Below are positions 35,051 to 47,825 of a stretch of 64,000 nt of DNA, in pieces. Position numbers and translations under genes: made by a program. The DNA comes from Anolis carolinensis. Lineage: Eukaryota. The notes under the pieces were generated by a model. It searched no databases. It was not told where the DNA came from and was given only the letters and a program-made list of their open reading frames with translations. How positions within the stretch are numbered: the first letter of the stretch is position 1; each line of letters begins with the position of its first letter. Where the stretch lies: assembly GCF_035594765.1 (NCBI RefSeq), contig NC_085842.1, positions 243,113,747 through 243,177,746 on the forward strand. The letters are read 5' to 3'.

Positions 35051-36891
35051 TGGCCAAACTGCCTTGTGTTAGGGTGTAACAGGAAGCTAAAGTGACCAGT
35101 TAAGACTGTGGATTCCCAAATGTTGTTTTCTCCACAAACTGTTTGATTTGCAAAGGTGCACAGAAATGTCTTATCTATTAACAAGAGACTATTACTGTAT
35201 TAAGATTAGGAATAGTTCATAATGGAATAGGAAATGTTCAGCTAGGTGTGAATGGGCATGAGGTGACACAATAATTAGCACTTTCATCAAGACTCTTAAT
35301 AGCACATTTTCACTACAGCTAAATTACAAAAAATATTGTTTCTGGAATTCACAGAATGCTAATTAAAGTAGAAATCACAGATCGATTCCTACTTTTAGAG
35401 TTATAAAATGGCATATTATATATTTATTTCAAACTAAGTACATAAGCAATTGTGAGAAAGGGAAATTTACCTTGTATTGCCATTCTGTGTAATGGCAATA
35501 CCAAACAATAGATTCCAAATTACATTTTTTACAAGTTTTGAGTCATGCCAGATTGTAGCTTTCCAATTATTTACTTTAAGAGCCCTTCATATGGTTAACT
35601 CATGACCAATCATCCATCATCCAGGAAATAGAAGAAAGAAAAGCCTTACTAATTAATTCTTAACTCTTATCTTTACCCAAACATTTTTCAAAGTCAAGTG
35701 CCAGGTTCTAATCCCCTTTCCGCATTTCCTGTCCCCATCTCTCCTGCATTTCTAAACAGTTGTATTCAATGCAAGTACATGCTTTTAAAGAAGTATAGTC
35801 ATTTTTTAGTTTTAGAAAAATCTATTCTAATTAGTGTGCATGTGTTTACGTGCCTTCAAGTCACCTATCAACTTAATATAACTCCATGAATTTGACAGAG
35901 TTTTCTTGGAATAGTGAAAAGTGATATGAATAGGTTAATTAAAATTTATCAGGTTAGAATTGGTCAAGAACCAGCTAAAAGCAAAGAGATTTATTATTTA
36001 GAAATTAAGAAAAGTGCCTTAAGTTTCATAACTCTTGGAAGCAAAGGCAGGTATTTCAGTAATTTCTGGCATTTGTTGAAACAGAGATGGATTTATTTTC
36101 CATTTCTTCCTCTAAAACAAAGTTACCTGCACCAAAGAAAAGGCTGGAACTAAGGAATGGGAAGGAAAAATAATTACCATATGCTTCATTTCTCCTAAAT
36201 TGTCTTACATTTCCTTCATATGCATTTCTATTGAGTTGAAAGTCTTTGTTGAAATAAATGTACATCAAAGCCTTTCATACTTTATTTAACACTCTATACC
36301 TTAATAGTCTATCAAGAGAATTGTTTAGGTAAGGGTAAATCCGTTAAGAGATTTACAAAGTCAATAAGAAATCATAACTTCTGCATTTTAATCATACATA
36401 GCCACTATATTTGATTTACCCTCATAACTCCTAGGAGAAAAAAGAAAAAAAAGTTCTGAAGAATGAGTTATTCTTAATGTAAATCTCCAGCAAGCCTCTG
36501 TCAATCATATTAGCTAACTGTGGAAAGGGCTATTCCTGACAGAAACGACACAACCAGTTTAATTGCTTTGTGACTTATATTAAAAGTCAGCCAGCTATGA
36601 AATGCTAAAATGTGAATACTTTATCCCAGGTAGATCCTTGAGGCACAGCAGCAGAAACAAAGCCATTGCAGGGAGGCCACACATTTCTACATATGCGGTC
36701 CATTTAAGTTTGCATTATTTAACAAGTGAATACACAATATAAAAACAATTGTTTTTCATAACAATAACAATTTTTAATATTCATGGAAGAATCATGCATT
36801 TTTCTCCTTTTACGGGATTATGCAGTTTTGAATGTCATTATTTTAAAAACAGCAACAGGTAGCAAATCATTTCTAAAGGTAATTCATTATT

Positions 36892-37232
36892 ACAATTCAA
36901 CCCCTATACCTGCAGGACCAATACCCAAGGTTTCACGTACCCACATCTGATAAGATATGTCCACTCTAAGAATTTTTTAGGTCCTCGAGGCAATTCTATG
37001 GTATGCTCTTGCTGAAAGTTACCACAAAGTCACTTTGGGATCTGGGAAATTTCTAGAGATGATATCTGAAGAGAATACCTCACTTTAATTGTCTAGAATA
37101 CTCCAGGGTGACTCTGGTAATTTTTGGTGGAAGTTGTTCATTTCAACAGGGTTTACTTTTATCCATAGTTTCCTGCTTCCACTGTAAATTCAAGAATGTA
37201 TTGGGAATGTGGATACAAGGAGGAAGCACTAG
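36892..37232. mobile_element. Degenerate Tigger-like non-autonomous element; related copies near 40140-40770 and 49860-50245
   Basis: Shared ctaggtcctcc..gactct..ggaagttg..ggacctagag repeats and an atccatagttt..gtggatac end. Confidence 0.45.
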
Positions 37233-37512
37233 CATTTCCAAAAGACTATACACAGAAACATTTTATTTTATTTCAGCTACAAGATAAAGCCTCTTACTAC
37301 CTTTGTTCATTCAAAGACACAAATTGCCATTTTTATACAATCCAACTCCTGCTGATACAGATCTGAGAGCATCTTTGCATTTGAACTACCTCTCCAGAAG
37401 ACCCATTCAAGGATTTTTTTTAACTTGAATGCTTATTGATAGCAGTTAATGAGTAGCAGAAACTAATATTCAAAGACATAACTGAGTTAGTCTGGGATAT
37501 TAGTATGGAAAG

Positions 37513-37602
37513 GGATCTTGTAGCACCTTTGAGACTGATTGAGAGAAAGAAGTTGGTAGCATAAACTTTCATAGACTATGTCTACTTCTGCAGATGCATA
37601 GG
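37513..37602 (-). mobile_element. Second Penelope-like family 3' end with a minimal hammerhead remnant
   Basis: Minus strand: GCAT-CTGCAGA-AGTAGACATAGTCTAT-GAAA-GTTTA-TGC..cagtctcaaaggtgctacaagatc. Confidence 0.7.
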
Positions 37603-37916
37603 AACAGATCTTTATAGCCAGACTATGTGTGTGGCAGCCTGTGAAATGCAAAACTTGTGGGTATGGTAATAAGGTGACAAGTTCATTCATAACAATCACT
37701 AAGTGACAAAGACAGGAGGGAAGATGTTGCCTAAGGGCAAGAAGCGTAGTGTGATGCTGGCTGGGATTCAGAAAAGAGATGTGACAAACTGACCAAGAGG
37801 GCCCTCATGAGAAACGGTAACAATTCACTTCAGTCGGTAATGTAAATATGTAACCCTCCATACTTGTTCCATTTTGTGGAAGCATCATTGCAACTTATAC
37901 CACCATTATTTTAATA

Positions 37917-38055
37917 GTATCCAAAGCGACTTGAGAACATATTGCAAGTTGCTTCTGGTGTGAGAGAATTGGCTGTCTACAGAGACGTTACCCAGGGGAG
38001 GCCCGGATGAGTTACCATTCTGCTGGGAGGCTTCTTTCATGTCCCCACCATGACC
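37917..38055 (-). mobile_element. ACASINE2-like SINE, 3' half
   Basis: Matches 253-400. Confidence 0.8.
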
Positions 38056-38278
38056 ACCCAGAAGTAGACCTTTAAATATTATGATAGCTCCTGAGAAATA
38101 AAAGCGAGGAAAGTTACTTATATCCAAGACTTTATGCTGAATCCTGAGAAGATGGAGCTATCCTGTGATCTGCATGAATTTTTCTAGTAGAAAACTGAGA
38201 AATGAGAAAGAAAGAAAGGAGACAGCCATTCTAAGACTGAGTAGATACTAAGAGTGAACCAGACAAATGTGTCTATAT

Positions 38279-38536
38279 TAGAGATGTGTGTGGTATTTGT
38301 TTCATACCGCCCCTTCGGATTGCATGGTACGAAAGATAGCATTTTCAGATGAAACAAAAGGTGACACGAAAGAGAAAGCTGCACAGTCTTTTGCTTTTGC
38401 TTTTTCATTTTTTCGTACGTGAGACTAAAATCCCGTTCGTATAGGCACCCCATTTTCGGAAGCGGGGATAAATACGAAAACAAGACAAAACCAATGAAAC
38501 AAAACAAAACAAATTCCATATAAATGCACATGACTA
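38279..38536. mobile_element. hAT (Ac-type) MITE
   Basis: TIR tagagatgtgt / gcacatgacta; 8-bp TSD gtctatat / gtgtatat; repeated acgaaa motifs. Confidence 0.75.
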
Positions 38537-38600
38537 GTGTATATGTGTATATTCATAATGTGTTCATTTCCTGCTACCAAAATGACAGCTTCCTCCATCT

Positions 38601-38744
38601 AGGGCCTCTTCTACACTGCCATATAAAATCCAGATTTGAACTGGATTATCTGGCAGTGTAGATTTATATAATCTAGTTCAAAGCAAATAATCTGGATTAT
38701 CTGTTTTAATAATCTGAATTATATCGCCGTGTAGAACAGGCCTA
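38601..38744. mobile_element. PIF/Harbinger-type MITE
   Basis: ggcctcttctacactgccatataa / ttatatcgccgtgtagaacaggcc. Confidence 0.8.
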
Positions 38745-39289
38745 GGACTCCCACAATGGAGGGCAACATTGGTGCTACCAGGAGTAACCATTTGTTCTTA
38801 CGCAATGCAGGGCTTCCCACATGGTCGTCTCCCACCATCTTTCCTCGACTTCCATGATGAAGTGGCTGCCTCTGTGGAGATTCCTCTCCTTTTCATGGCT
38901 GCTTCCCTCACATTTCCCATGAGTCAGCCTTAAGAGCAAAGCAATACAGTGAATGGGCCCAGTCCAAGCTGTCAGCAGGGTAATGTGAGAACGAGGAGAT
39001 GGCCAAGGAAGACTTGTCAGGAGGGGTTCAGCGGAGGCTGCAGCAAGAAGGCATTGGTGCCCCTTGGTTTGAAAAGATACAAGCACTAATGCAACTGTGG
39101 GGTTGCATAAGCATAATGCCAGCTAAATACTGGGGTCTTCATAAGAGGTTTATCAGTAACTGAATACAATAATCGGCATATATAAAGATTGGAGATAACC
39201 TCTCACAACACTGAACCATCGGTTGATGGTTAATTAAACCATTAATTGAAAATGACTAGCTGGTACATAAGAACTAGTGTTGTATAACT

Positions 39290-39481
39290 GCATAAGGACT
39301 CAGAAAGACCATGGTTTGTATCTCTGCTCAGACATGGAAACTCAATGTATACCCTTGGGCATGTTATACTCTCTATGCCTAAGAGTAAGGCAATGGTAAA
39401 CCACCCAATCACATTGAATACATCTTGGCAAAAATAAAAATGGAAACTCAGGGTTAATTTTAAGGCACAGCACAACAGCAA
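39290..39481 (+). mobile_element. Degenerate tRNA/CORE SINE with RTE-like tail
   Basis: Reverse-complement similarity to 43620-43815; ends aaggcacagcacaacagcaa. Confidence 0.5.
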
Positions 39482-40301
39482 TTTGGATGATAGCAATACT
39501 TGAGGAATTTTATGTTTACGAATTCTCAAACTCAAGTAATCAACTGGTTTCCATATTTTCCAAACGTTTTGGCATAATCATCAGCTCAACATATATCATA
39601 GTGGTTTTTAAAGTGTGTTTATTTATTATTGTTTTAAAGAGAGATGTTTGCTGAATCTGAAAAACAAGTTAAGTTTTAATATCTTCCAAGCCCAGGTGTA
39701 TGTATACCACCCAGATCAAAAGGTGTTTTGGTGCCTGGGGCTAACTTCATTATCTTGGCATGAAGCAAATAATTCTACAGGCTTCTTTCCTCATCCCTGA
39801 CAATAACAACATAACAACACAATAAATAACTAACACTTTGATTATTCATACCTACTGCCTAAGACACAGTAACCTTTCTTTGCTCCTCAGTAGAGACATC
39901 ATGGTACCACCACTAAAGTCTCTGGTGGCTGTTTTTATTTCTGAAGCATTTCATGTTGATAAGGGTGGCAGATCAACAGGCAATATTTCACAAATATATT
40001 TAAGAATCACAAATTTGAATACAAGCAAATTAATTCTTACAGTGCATAAGAGGGTATCTATAACCCCAAACCATGTGGGGGCCACCCTCTGAGTCTTTCA
40101 ATTGGATCAGGTTTTATTTACAGCTCAACTGGACCACAGCTAGCTCAATGTGCATAGTCAACTGTCCAAATTGCAGGTTTAACTCTTATAGGTTTGATTA
40201 TTCCATGATTTAATATACTGTGTTCTATGAATCTCTAGATCCCCCAGCACTAAGTAATTCCACTGAAAGGTGATTACAGGGTTGCACTATAGGACCTAGA
40301 C

Positions 40302-40490
40302 CAGGCATGGGCCACCCTGGGGGAACTATAGAGATTTCTAGCAAGGTATTCTCTCTAGGAATGTCCAGGTCAGGCATGTGCAAACTTTGGCCCTCCAGAT
40401 GTTTTGAACTTCAATTCCCACAATTCCTAACAGTGAATTGTGGAAGTTGAAGTCCAAAACATCTAGAAGTCTGAAGTTTTCACATGCCTG
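40302..40490. mobile_element. hAT MITE carrying an inverted duplication of its right flank
   Basis: TSD acctagac (40294-40301) / acctggac (40491-40498); outer TIR stub at 40302, inner TIR at 40371. Confidence 0.85.
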
Positions 40491-40605
40491 ACCTGGACAT
40501 TCCTAGGGAGAATACCTTGCTAGAAATCTCTAGTTCCTCCTGGGTGGCTCAATGGCAAACTTCCACTAGAAGTTGATCACACAATTGAGCTTGAAGAATC
40601 TAGAG

Positions 40606-40740
40606 CAGTGACTCTCAATCTGTGGGTCCCCAGATGTTCTGACCTTCAACTCCCAGAAATCTTAACCACTGGTAAACTGACTGGGATTTCTGGGAGTTGT
40701 AGGACATAACACCTGGGGACCCACAGGTTGAGAACCACCG
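40606..40740. mobile_element. hAT (Charlie-type) MITE
   Basis: cagtgactctcaa / gttgagaaccaccg; perfect TSD atctagag. Confidence 0.92.
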
Positions 40741-41196
40741 ATCTAGAGATTCCAAAACAGATGTGCTCTCAGGGTTTTTTTTTATTTACCTTTTTTTCAA
40801 CATTGGGGGGAGTCTTGTGCCCATGTACTTGCAAAAGCGAGGGAGCATACTGTAAAAGGCAATGATATTTCTGAAAGATGACTGGGGACAACTCTATTAT
40901 TTGCCCACCTCCAGACACAACCTGACTGCAAAGCTCTAATGAAGACAAGATATTCTGGAAGATTGTCAAGTGTGGCACTTTCATTTCTTAAAGAAGAGAA
41001 GGCAAAGGAAAAGGAAAATGAGGTTGTGGTAGACTCAAGGGGAAACACTTAAAGAAAATTATTTTTCCTCCTTTATCCTTAGGATGAGAGGAAATTATTT
41101 ATTTTTGTAACTTTTTTCAAAAAAATGAGAGGTGTAGAAGTTATATATTTGTAATGAGCCAGGAAGAAAATTTACACATGACACCACACTTTAAAG

Positions 41197-41332
41197 CAGC
41201 AGTTCTCAACTTTTGAGTCCACAGACGTTTTGGCCTGCAACTCCCAGAAATCCTAACAGCTGGTAAACTGGGTGGGATTTCTGGGAGTTGTAGGCCAAAA
41301 ACATCTGGGGACCCACAGGTTGAGAACCACTG
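41197..41332. mobile_element. hAT (Charlie-type) MITE
   Basis: cagcagttctcaac / gttgagaaccactg; perfect TSD ctttaaag. Confidence 0.92.
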
Positions 41333-42804
41333 CTTTAAAGCATAAAGATCGGGCAGGATCGAGAAAAGAAGCAAATAATCAGCCAGCTGTTGTGCCAAGC
41401 AATTGTGATGTTTTATTCTACCCTTTATCAATAATGCATGGGTGCACACAAACAATTTATAGTTTTTTCCATCACAGGTGTAACCTGCGATGCTAAATTA
41501 AGTCCACAATATTCAAGGACAGTCCACCCACACAGCTACTGTTAACAAGGCATACCATTTTACATTTTAAAGAGTTTTGTGAAATTTTTATTAGAATCTT
41601 GTGGTACACAGCTAATTGGGAAGCTATTTTTTTTGCTTTAAAAAGAACATTTACTCTTTTTGCAACTGAAAGGGAAAAGGTCTGAAATTCTGCCTATACT
41701 CCCTTCCTCCATCTCTCACCCTGTCAACAAGAATGCAGGCAAACTAGAATAGAGAGCTTCCCATTACTTCCTTAGCAAACAATTGGAAGGCTTGTGCTCT
41801 AATTCCTAAAACTTTCCCAAGCCATGGTGTTTTTATATGGACTAGGTGTACTGAAGTGGTTGAGACAAGGGTAGTACAAAATTCTGCTTCATAACAAAAA
41901 GGTTTTTGTTTGCTTTTTGCAAAGTTTACTCTTAAAACTTAGCACCTGCATACTTCCATTTAAAAAACTGAACAAAGAACAATACATCATTGTCAAAGCT
42001 TTACTGTAGAAAACTAAGTGCAAATGTAATATTAGAATCAGATTGTGTCGTTGCCTATATAGTCCTAAATCCAGTTGCTTATTCCAAGTAAAGGAAACTC
42101 ATTAAATCAATGGGATTTACACTGGTGAAAACAAAAAGTACAGGTCATATAGACCAGTGTTTTATTTTCTAACTCTGCCTGATCAACCATACAATAAATT
42201 TAGTTAAGAAACACACATGGTTACCATTAACTAGTGTCCAAAGCTTTTTGACCTAACCATAATGGAATGCAAGCAAGATTAAAATTCTTAACAAGTCAGT
42301 GGACACTGAAATTAAGCCACATTTTGATGCTCCCAATTGCTATCCCCGTCTTGATGTTAAACTCCTGTTTGTCACAGAAGTGCAGAGCTTCTAAAATTCT
42401 CTTACTCTCTTTTTCCCTCATACGCTGAAGAGGAGAGAGACAAACCAAGGGGTGAAGTTTCCTTTCTTTTCTTTCATAAACCTTCTGGAAATATGGGTAT
42501 ATCAGCAGCATGTCAGAAAAAGACCTTCCCAAAGTAAGGATGCTGAGAAAATCCTGAAAGGATTGTTGTACGTTCTACAGAAGATATATATTTCAGGACC
42601 TCTTCTGTGAAAATCCCAATATTTTCTAAAGTCAAAACACTTACAGTGGGATATTTAAAATCAGTGATATGATGCTAGAAGCAGGTGCCAATATTTCTTT
42701 GGAAATATGCAATACAATTATCTGTTAACACATTAAAATTAGCATCTAATCTGTAGTAACGGCCAAATACTGATAATTTAAATAGCAACGAAGGTCTGAT
42801 TAAT

Positions 42805-42937
42805 TAAAGCAATGGTATTTCCTGTAGTAACCTATGGATGCAAGAGCTGGACCATAAGGAAGGCTGAGCAAAGGAAGATAGACGCATTTGAACTGTGGTG
42901 TTGGAGGAAAATTCTGAGAGTGCCTTGGATCACAAGA
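42805..42937 (+). mobile_element. RTE-BovB LINE internal fragment
   Basis: Translates KAMVFPVVTYGCKSWTIRKAEQRKIDAFELWCWRKILRVPW. Confidence 0.88.
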
Positions 42938-43304
42938 CCATAATATATAAACATATACACTGTGCTGCAGATACAGTTACACCAGTGCTACTAAAGGTAT
43001 CTTATCTAAGGAAACAGGAATGTTTTGCCCCAGTGTATCAGTTTACTGTATTTGTGTCTTATTTCTTTCTTAGACCTTTTTCAGGGAGTAGTATTGGCCA
43101 CAGACCTACTTTGACCAGACCTGCCTTAGGTCAATCCTGGATATCCAAATACATTCTGAAGCTTTTCTTTGTATCAAAACCCATCCTAAATTATGAAGTA
43201 GCAAGCCTTGTTCCAAAAAACAACAGGTTTATCTCAAATGTCAGTGGATAAGACTAGCTTTGTGTGAATAGCAGAAGGAATTCTGAATTCTTTAATGCTT
43301 TTTA

Positions 43305-43543
43305 AAAATCGTGTCAGATGTGAGATGAGGCAAGTCGCGTCTGGCGTGAGAGAATTGGCCGTCTTCATGTTGCCCAGGTATACCTGGATGTGTTACCATC
43401 CTGTGGGGGGCTTCTCTCATGTCCCCGAATGGAAGCTAGGGCTGACAGATGGGAGCTCATCCATCTCACGGATTCGAACTGCCAACCTTCAAGTCAGCTG
43501 ATCGGTCGGCACAAGAGTTAAACCCATTGTGCCACCATGACTC
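43305..43543 (-). mobile_element. ACASINE2-like SINE
   Basis: atcgtgtcaga tail; ggattcgaac B-box; ttaaacccattgtgccacc head. Confidence 0.82.
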
Positions 43544-43619
43544 AATGCTGGAAAGTTACTACTTTCATTGCTGGAAAGCTACTACTGCAATTTTCTTGTC
43601 AGTATACAAGGACTGCATC

Positions 43620-43815
43620 TTTGTTGTATGCCTTAAAGCCATTTTGATCTATAGTGATCCTAAGGCGACCCTATTACAGGATGTTCTTATCAACAATTTC
43701 TTGAAGAGGTCTACTATTGCCTTCTTTGGGGAGGAGAGAGTGTGACTTGCCCAAGGTCACCCAGTGGGTTTTATGGCCAAGTGGGAATTTGACTCCTAAT
43801 CTCCAGAGTCGTAAT
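43620..43815 (-). mobile_element. tRNA/CORE SINE with RTE-like tail
   Basis: ttgttgtatgcctt tail; gtgtgacttgcccaaggtcacccagtggg. Confidence 0.7.
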
Positions 43816-45006
43816 TCATCTGCCCTCCCTTAATTCAGAAACCCCTTTTCTTGTGAAAAAGAAGCTTTCATGAAGATAGAATCCAGTGATCAACACCTTC
43901 CTGAGGTCCAGGGGCTACCTGTAGTGTTCACTGGACCTTGCCCTGTCCCATCATCAAAGCCCATCCCCAATTTTGATTTTTTTAAAAACACTCAAAATAG
44001 CATCTTGTGCCTACTAGGAGACATGGAAGAAAAATTTACCATAACATGGGGATGGGGTTTTTAAGGCTAAAGAGAGGCTTTATCCAAACAGGAGATGGCT
44101 GGAAGTCTACAGGGGAACCATTTTAGATTGTGAGGGGAGAACAAAACTGAGGAAAGTTAGCAGTGACTTAGAAAAGTTACTTTTTAGTGGAATGTGGATT
44201 CTGAGAGTTGCAATCGAAAAATGATAACTCTGAATTTAAGACTATCACATAGGATTAAAAAATAGGCTTTATTTCTCATGGTATTTCAGAAATTACTTTT
44301 CTACATTTCCACTATGCAGAGTCAGTGTATGTTTTTTTTAGATGAAAGCAAATTGTACAGTATGTTTGTATACTATACACATTCTTATACCTCTTGCATA
44401 CTTCTCATACTTTCAATGTACTATCACTGTGTAGTCTGCATAAGAAACAGGTTTGTTTTTAAAGAAAGAATGTAAGGCTTACTATAAAAGGCACATCTTA
44501 CTCATTACACAAAGGAGAACGAGTGAGTGACTACAGCTATAAAATCCCAACTTTGAAGACAGTTCTAGCTGTCGTTTATGCGACTGACCTCTACGCTGCA
44601 AGTGTTGCAAGTTTAGAATTATCAATTTGTTCTTAGCTGTAAACAGAAGAGCAGTGCTTCATTCCACAGAATTTTTCATAACATGTGGCCAGTTCATGCA
44701 CCATCTTAAATTGTAATTTAATGTTATTTGTAGGAACCTGTGCAAAACAAAACAAATCAGAAAAGCCAATCCAGTGTTTGATGTTGATTTGTTTATCAGC
44801 TGATTAAGAGTGGGGTTTTTTCTCTCCAAACCACAACTCCTGATTTATGGGTAATAAACCAGTAATTTACTGAAATGAAACTAAATTCTTATGCATTCTT
44901 TTTTGCAGGTTGCATATGAGAAGGAGAAATAAAGGTGGAATTTCATGAGCCACACATTTTGTTCAAATATATTTCTGCTCCTGCATAATATGCTAAAACC
45001 TAGCAT

Positions 45007-45102
45007 AGGTCCTATCTACACTGCCATATAATGCAGTTTGAAACTGCATTATGTGGTCAGTGTAGCATCATATAATGCAATTAGTCCACTGACCATATAA
45101 TC
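45007..45102. mobile_element. Harbinger-type MITE fragment
   Basis: tctacactgccatataatgcagtttgaaactgcattat. Confidence 0.7.
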
Positions 45103-45231
45103 TTATTGAAGCATTCCTATCCTATCCGATTTGTCATTGATCCATTCCTTTGGGCTTCACACAAATCTACCATTTGCCACAATATATGGTCGTGTGCTTT
45201 TCTTTTCTATTTCTGGCTGAATGGCTTAACC

Positions 45232-45368
45232 ATGGTTCGTCCCATAGAGTATGAGGTCTGCCCAAGGGCTGCTTGTGATCTCTTGGTATCCAGTTCATTA
45301 GTCAACATGTCCATCGGTTGTCTTTTGTTCTTGCTATTGCCTTACCCATCTTCTTTTTGAAGCATTAT
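45232..45368 (-). mobile_element. Old RTE LINE 3' fragment
   Basis: Degenerate reverse of the IML..EG..RP motif at the RTE C-terminus. Confidence 0.4.
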
Positions 45369-46999
45369 CAACAGCCAAATTAAAGAACACTTTAAAAGGA
45401 AGGAAGTGTCAAGAAAGTAACATTCCTGTCCATTCAAGGTACCTGCCAAAGCTGCTGATAATCAAGATAAGCTTCACAATATTTTCAAGCTCAATGGCCT
45501 ATATTCTCATAACCCCTTTAGTCCTCCATTTCAGTATTTGTGGGGCTCCAAAATTGGGAATTTGCCTCATTATCTGTTCTTTATATTCTGAACCAGGAAC
45601 TAAATTTTGGGAATCTATTTTGCCTTGCCTACACTCTAATACCATTCTAGACACAATGTTTTATTTGCTGTCTGATACTGACCCTATGGTATCTTATCTC
45701 CTTTGCAACTTTGAAAATCTGAGCAAGACTTATTGCTGATATTGTAGTTTATTGCTTTTTAGATCTCATTTGTTTTGTATTTGAATGAACTATGGTCTAA
45801 GTAATTACTACTGTTGTCATTATTTTGAGCCAACAAATATGAACAGTAACATCTTTTTCAAGTAAAATCGTAAAATAAAAACACTAGAAAGCAGATGTCC
45901 AGGAAATGGGAAGCAAAAGTTTCCAATGTCTATTATATCTATCCTCAGATAGGACAAAATCCAACAGTACTCCCAACTACAAAAGACTCACTGAATCAGC
46001 AGGAACTTGGAAAGTCAACACTAATGCAAATCTCAGTGATTTTAGTTGGTAGTAGTAACTGGATTTGTTCAAATTTAACCTACTTGAACTCTGAAGGCTA
46101 AGGCTACATCATGAGTAACATATTCACTCTTTAATAAACAAAGCTACACTCCTCTGTTCAAAAGTAACACTTGCATACTTGGAAAAACCTTACACAACCC
46201 CCATTTGCTAAAAGCCATAGCTAGTGCTACACATCATATTAGAAATCAAAAACTAACAGTAGACAGTATACTATTTACTGCCCTCTTAAGTATTTTGCAC
46301 TAAGGATAAAAAACAGAATCCTTTAAGTTCCTTATGGCTTAAGGAGAAAGGACATTCTCTTGACTGGCCATTTCACATGGAATTTGTTATACCAGATGGC
46401 CCATCTACAGAGTATCAAGCTGTTGTGGGCTGACATTTGCAAGAACATAATAGGCATATGTCATTATAGCTTTAAGAATACTAAATGGGCATTTCAGGAA
46501 GCTCATAATATTAAATAGCTTTTGCCTGGCAGTTGAAGTGATGGAACCACAAGACAATTTATCTAGTAAGATTTTCTAAAACCTTCTTTACAAAACACCA
46601 TGCAAAGGCAATTGCTAGACGTGCTAGACTGCAACTAGTATCGATTCCATGCAACGTAGCTAATGTTCAGGACATATACTTTTGTTGAGAGGGCACCAGG
46701 TTGCCTACTGCTTATCACAAAGCAGAGGCAAAAATCATGCTACCTTCCTGCTGTGGCTGGCCTAAAACTTCCAGCATTTCTCACTGATTATATTGGCTAT
46801 GGTGGTTAGAGCTGATTTGATCTATAGTCCAGCAATATGAGGGAGGCACATGATTCCTGTTGAAAAAAACTGCTCCAATAAAACATCCTCTTCTCATGTC
46901 TCTCTGCTGTTTGCCATTGGAGAAAAGTGATTTTAAGTTAGTACAAGGCTTTCCTACATACTTCTATTTTACAGTTTTTCAAGCTCCTCCCATTTGCTC

Positions 47000-47165
47000 A
47001 ATTGTTGAGGTTCTGGCTTTTAAATTGCTTCTGATTTATGGCAACCCAAAGGCGTTGCCAAGAAAAATCATGGGATTTTTCTTGGCAAGATATGTTCTGA
47101 GAGGTTTTACCTTTGGCTTCTTCTGAGGAAATGTGATTTGCACAAAATCAACTAATGGCTTTCCA
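47000..47165 (-). mobile_element. Degenerate RTE-tailed SINE
   Basis: Similar to 43620-43815. Confidence 0.5.
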
Positions 47166-47327
47166 CCACTACTAAAATCTCGCTCTCTTGCTCAGTTTCA
47201 GACTCTACTGCATGGTTATCAAGTGTAACTACACAAATCTCACAAAGACTCATTCCTTTTCTCTTTCTTATTTCTATTTAGGTCACAGCTCTAATGGACA
47301 ATTCTTCTACCTCAAAGCTTCTCTTAG

Positions 47328-47445
47328 ACAATGCCATATAATATCTGCTTATCTGCTTTGAACTGGATTATATGAATCTACACTACCATATAATGCAGTT
47401 CAAAGCAGATAATCTGGATTTTATATAGCAGTATAGAAGAGGCCT
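47328..47445. mobile_element. Harbinger-type MITE fragment
   Basis: Reverse-complement match to the 38601 family; ends gtatagaagaggcc. Confidence 0.75.
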
Positions 47446-47515
47446 TAGTTAAGTTAAGCAACCTGAATAGATGTTCTGATGTATGTTCAAATGCAACTAA
47501 TAAACTTTTCTGCTA

Positions 47516-47825
47516 CAGGTCAAGTATCCCTTACTCAAAACTCTTGGGAAGAAAAGTGTTTAGATTTCAGATTTTGGAATATCTGTATTTACATAGATGT
47601 ATATAATGAGGTACCTTGGAGGTAATGAGGTAAATTCGGGTTGCCCAAAATCTAAACACAAAATTCATTTATGTTTTATGTACACTTTATACACATAGCT
47701 TGGAAGGAATTTTATACAAAAAAATCTATAATTTTGTGCAAGATGTGTCATTATCTCAGCCATAGGTCTGGTCAATTTTGAATTTTGAGGTATTTCAGAA
47801 TTCTGGATAGGGTATACTCAATCTG
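47516..47825. mobile_element. Tigger4/Zombi-like MITE
   Basis: caggtcaagtatccctta / ggatagggtatactcaatctg with TA flanks; homologous to 13801. Confidence 0.75.

Noticed and set aside
35474-35501. 11-bp perfect hairpin gtattgccatt/aatggcaatac
   Set aside because: Too short to assign a function, with no supporting context.
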